A stretch of 13,377 bases of DNA from Candidatus Rokuibacteriota bacterium (lineage in GTDB: Bacteria; Methylomirabilota; Methylomirabilia; Rokubacteriales; CSP1-6), in NCBI GenBank assembly GCA_016184305.1, contig JACPCX010000153.1:1-13377 (forward strand), in the 5' to 3' direction. Position 1 is the stretch's first letter. Every line of letters begins with the position of its first letter. A model generated the notes under the pieces. The model was given only the letters and a program-made list of their open reading frames with translations. It was not told the DNA's origin and did not search any database. Both the position numbers and the translations under genes were made by a program. This document shows positions 10,986-13,377 of the stretch, in pieces.

Positions 10986-12328
10986 CGGCCGCCGTCCGTG
11001 GGCACGAGCGTGAGCCGAGCGTGGGCGGCGGAGAGGTAGCGCCTGGCGGCGGCCTGGATCTCCTCGCGCGTGACGGTCTTGAGCCGGTCGAGGTAGCTCA
11101 GCTCCCCTTCCAGTGTCCAGAGCGTCTCGGCCAGGCCGTAGGCATAAGCGCGCCCCTCGGCAGTCTCGATCGAGAACGCATGCTGTGCCTCGGCGGCAGT
11201 GATCGCCCGCTGCCGCTCCGCCTCCGTCACGCCCTCCTCCCGCACCCTCGTCACCTCGGCCAGGATCGCCGCCTCCACCGCATCCAGGTCGCCCGACTCG
11301 AGCTGCGCCGTGACGCTCAGAAGCCCGCCGCCCGCCAGCGCCGAGTATCCGGCGCGGATCGACGACACGATCCGGGCCCGCTCCCGCAACGCCTGAGTGA
11401 GCCTGGAGGTCCGGGACCCGCCCAGGATATGCGCCAAGAGGTCGACGGCGAACATGTCGGAGTCACCGAGCCGCGGCCCCGCCCAGCCAACCGCCAGGGA
11501 GGCCTGCCGCTCCGGTCGCTGGCGGACCTCGCGCCGGCCGTCGTCCAGCCTCGGTGGTGCGGGCACCGGTCCCCGACCGTACCCCTGGGCATGCGTCGGG
11601 CCGAACCAGCGTTCCGCTGCCTGACGGATCTCTGCAGGGTCCACCGCGCCGATGACGACCAGGGTCATGTTCTCGGGAACGTAATGCCGCTTGTAGTAGG
11701 CGCGCAGGGTCTCCGGGGTCGCTGCCCGCATGGCGCGAGGATCCCCGAGCACCGGGAAGCCGTAAGAGTGACCTCGGAACGCCAGCTCGTAGAGCCGGCG
11801 AACGAGGAAGCTGCGCGGGTTGTCCTCTCCCAGTCGCACCTCCTCGGAGATGACCTCCCGCTCTCGCCCGACCTCGGCGGGAGCAAAGCGCGAGTTGAAC
11901 GCCATGTCGGCGAGAACCTCGATCCCGCGGTTTCCGTGGGCCGCCGGCAGGAGAATGTAGTAGAAGGTGTAGTCCCACGAGGTCCCGGCGTTGGTTCGTC
12001 CTCCGACGCTCTCGACTTCCCGGTCCACGAACCCGGGGGCCCGGCTGTCGGTGCCCTTGAACAGCATGTGCTCGACGAAATGAGAGAAACCACGCTCGTT
12101 TGGGGCCTCATCGCGCCCGCCCACACCAATCCACAGGTGAAGGGCGACCACGTCGCTCGTGCGGTGCTGCTGGATGATAAGGCGCATCCCGTTCGGGAGA
12201 ACCTCGCGCAACGGAGTGGACAGCCCGGCCTTGGAGAGGACGGGTGGGCCGACGGCGACGCAGCCAGCAAGGCCGATCACCGCCAGCGCCAGCAGCGGGA
12301 AACACACTGGACTGCGGCGGCGCGCCAT
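10982..12328 (-). CDS. M16B zinc metallopeptidase, catalytic subunit, predicted lipoprotein, about 448 aa
   Basis: SHFVEHMLFKGT (HxxEH, 12068-12082), NAGTSWDYT, EREVISEE third ligand region; basic N-terminus, hydrophobic core and lipobox LAGC (12260-12271). Start placed at ATG 12328 because ATG 12334 is only 2 nt from the predicted -10. Confidence 0.93.
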   Translation of the reverse strand: MARRRSPVCFPLLALAVIGLAGCVAVGPPVLSKAGLSTPLREVLPNGMRLIIQQHRTSDVVALHLWIGVGGRDEAPNERGFSHFVEHMLFKGTDSRAPGFVDREVESVGGRTNAGTSWDYTFYYILLPAAHGNRGIEVLADMAFNSRFAPAEVGREREVISEEVRLGEDNPRSFLVRRLYELAFRGHSYGFPVLGDPRAMRAATPETLRAYYKRHYVPENMTLVVIGAVDPAEIRQAAERWFGPTHAQGYGRGPVPAPPRLDDGRREVRQRPERQASLAVGWAGPRLGDSDMFAVDLLAHILGGSRTSRLTQALRERARIVSSIRAGYSALAGGGLLSVTAQLESGDLDAVEAAILAEVTRVREEGVTEAERQRAITAAEAQHAFSIETAEGRAYAYGLAETLWTLEGELSYLDRLKTVTREEIQAAARRYLSAAHARLTLVPTDGGR

Positions 12329-12336
12329 TGACATGA

Positions 12337-12365
12337 AGCCTATCAGACTTTCCGCACCCTCTCAA
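12337..12365 (-). promoter_or_regulatory. Candidate sigma70 promoter TTGAGA-N17-TAGGCT with extended -10 (TGa)
   Basis: -35 at 12360-12365, exact 17-nt spacer, TG-A immediately before the -10 at 12337-12342. Confidence 0.65.
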
Positions 12366-12590
12366 CAGATGGTGGGGCATCCGGTAGCTCGGAGCGGCGC
12401 TGCCAGCGTTACGGATTCAGGAGACTCCCAAGTCGGGCCCAGTAACATGGTCGGAGGTGCCCGGATGGGCCCCTCGCGGCATTCCGCTGCCTCTCGGGGG
12501 ATCTCCCGGGGCAGATTGCCGGGAGCGCCGCTGGAACGGCTCCGGGCAGAACGCCCCCGGGACCTGCCAAGGGATGGGCCTGGTGGCGCG

Positions 12591-12603
12591 TAACTCATTG
12601 ACT
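12591..12603. promoter_or_regulatory. Candidate IHF binding site
   Basis: TAACTCATTGACT versus the reversed consensus YAA-N4-TTGATW (from WATCAA-N4-TTR), one mismatch; about 30 nt upstream of the sigma54 motif. Confidence 0.55.
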
Positions 12604-12632
12604 TCAAGCGCCACCGCCTCGGCTTTCGAGTA

Positions 12633-12648
12633 TGGCATATCACCTGCA
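12633..12648 (+). promoter_or_regulatory. Candidate sigma54 (-24/-12) promoter
   Basis: TGGCATATCACCTGCA: GG (12634-12635), exactly 10 nt, then GC (12646-12647); resembles TGGCAC-N5-TTGCW and points at the gene at 12793. Confidence 0.7.
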
Positions 12649-12792
12649 TCGGTGAAACGCCGAAACACAATTCAGGGAGCACCCAGGAGCAGGTCACAAG
12701 GGTCTCGGGAAGGGCCGCTGGCTCGTGGGGGGTCGGCGGAGGCGGCGGTGGCGTGAGAGGCCGGTTAACCCAGAACGAAAGGAAGGCGGAGA

Positions 12793-13377
12793 ATGAAGAA
12801 GCTGTTCGCAACCCTGACGAGCTTCGTGTTCGTTGTGTCGCTGTCGGCCACGGTGAGCGCGGCCGAGCCGAGCTGCCCGCCTGAGGTGGCGTCAGCGAAG
12901 ACCATGCTGCAGAAGAAGCAGCAGTTGGCCAAGAGCCAGGACGTCCAGGCGCCACGGTCGCTTGCCGGTGCCAAGAGCCAGGACGTCCAGGCCCCGCGCG
13001 GTCAGGATGTGCAGGCGCCGCGGTCTCTGGCTGGTGCCAGGAGCCAGGATGTGCAGGCTCCGCGTGCCCAGGACGTGCAGGCTCCTCGCAGTCAGAACGT
13101 GCAGGCTCCGCGTGCCCAGGATGTCCAGGCCCCGCGCGCCCAGGACGTGCAGGCGCCGCGGTCTCTGGCTGGTGCTAGGAGCCAGGATGTGCAGGCTCCG
13201 CGTGCCCAGGATGTCCAGGCGCCGCGTGCCCAGGACGTGCAGGCTCCGCGCAGTCAGAACGTGCAGGCTCCGCGTGCGAGCATCACCAAGGCCGCTACCT
13301 TCGTGAAGGAAGCGGAGGCCGCGTGCAAGGCAGGCAACGCCAGCCTGGCGACCGAGAAGGCCAAGGCTGCCATCGCG
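12793..13377 (+). CDS. Secreted hypothetical protein with tandem QDVQAPR repeats (3' end off the right edge; at least 195 aa)
   Basis: Open from ATG 12793 to the window end; AGGAAGG RBS-like at 12780-12786; signal peptide MKKLFATLTSFVFVVSLSATVSA-AEP; repeat differences are almost all synonymous in this frame. Confidence 0.9.
   Translation, partial: MKKLFATLTSFVFVVSLSATVSAAEPSCPPEVASAKTMLQKKQQLAKSQDVQAPRSLAGAKSQDVQAPRGQDVQAPRSLAGARSQDVQAPRAQDVQAPRSQNVQAPRAQDVQAPRAQDVQAPRSLAGARSQDVQAPRAQDVQAPRAQDVQAPRSQNVQAPRASITKAATFVKEAEAACKAGNASLATEKAKAAIA
12934..13275 (+). repeat. Coding tandem repeat: 12 x 24-bp units ([S/A/G]Q[D/N]VQAPR) plus 3 x 18-bp spacers (SLAGA[K/R])
   Basis: Direct translation; 12x24 + 3x18 = 342 bp exactly fills 12934-13275. 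Confidence 0.97.

Noticed and set aside
12300..12328. Twin-arginine (Tat) signal in MARRRSPVCF
   Set aside because: Does not fit S/T-R-R-x-F-L-K; better read as the basic n-region of a lipoprotein signal.
12934..13275. CRISPR array
   Set aside because: Units are contiguous, in frame and vary at third codon positions; no unique spacers and no cas genes.
12962..13306. 114-aa ORF-track ORF over the repeats, and minus-strand ORFs 12362-12955 and 12765-12974
   Set aside because: Off-frame or antisense readings of the gene at 12793, whose frame has the RBS, signal peptide and synonymous pattern.

Overview
High-GC bacterial chromosomal window. Most of it is a minus-strand run of genes, in transcription order: a lipoprotein M16B zinc peptidase (HxxEH intact), a second exported M16B subunit lacking HxxEH, a rhomboid protease, a nucleotidyltransferase/hexapeptide/phosphohexomutase-like fusion, tlyA, NAD kinase, recN and secA (truncated at the left edge). 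A ~210-bp hairpin-forming element with MITE-like ends lies between the NAD kinase gene and recN; its mismatches become tandem G-A pairs and GNA/GNRA loops only on the minus strand. A plus-strand gene missing from the ORF track (12793 to window end) is divergent from the peptidase pair, behind a candidate sigma54 promoter with an IHF site. It encodes a signal-peptide protein with 12 copies of [S/A/G]Q[D/N]VQAPR and three SLAGA[K/R] spacers between two cysteines. This is the best candidate for an undescribed system: possibly a secreted multi-copy peptide precursor processed by the adjacent peptidase. That link is inference only.
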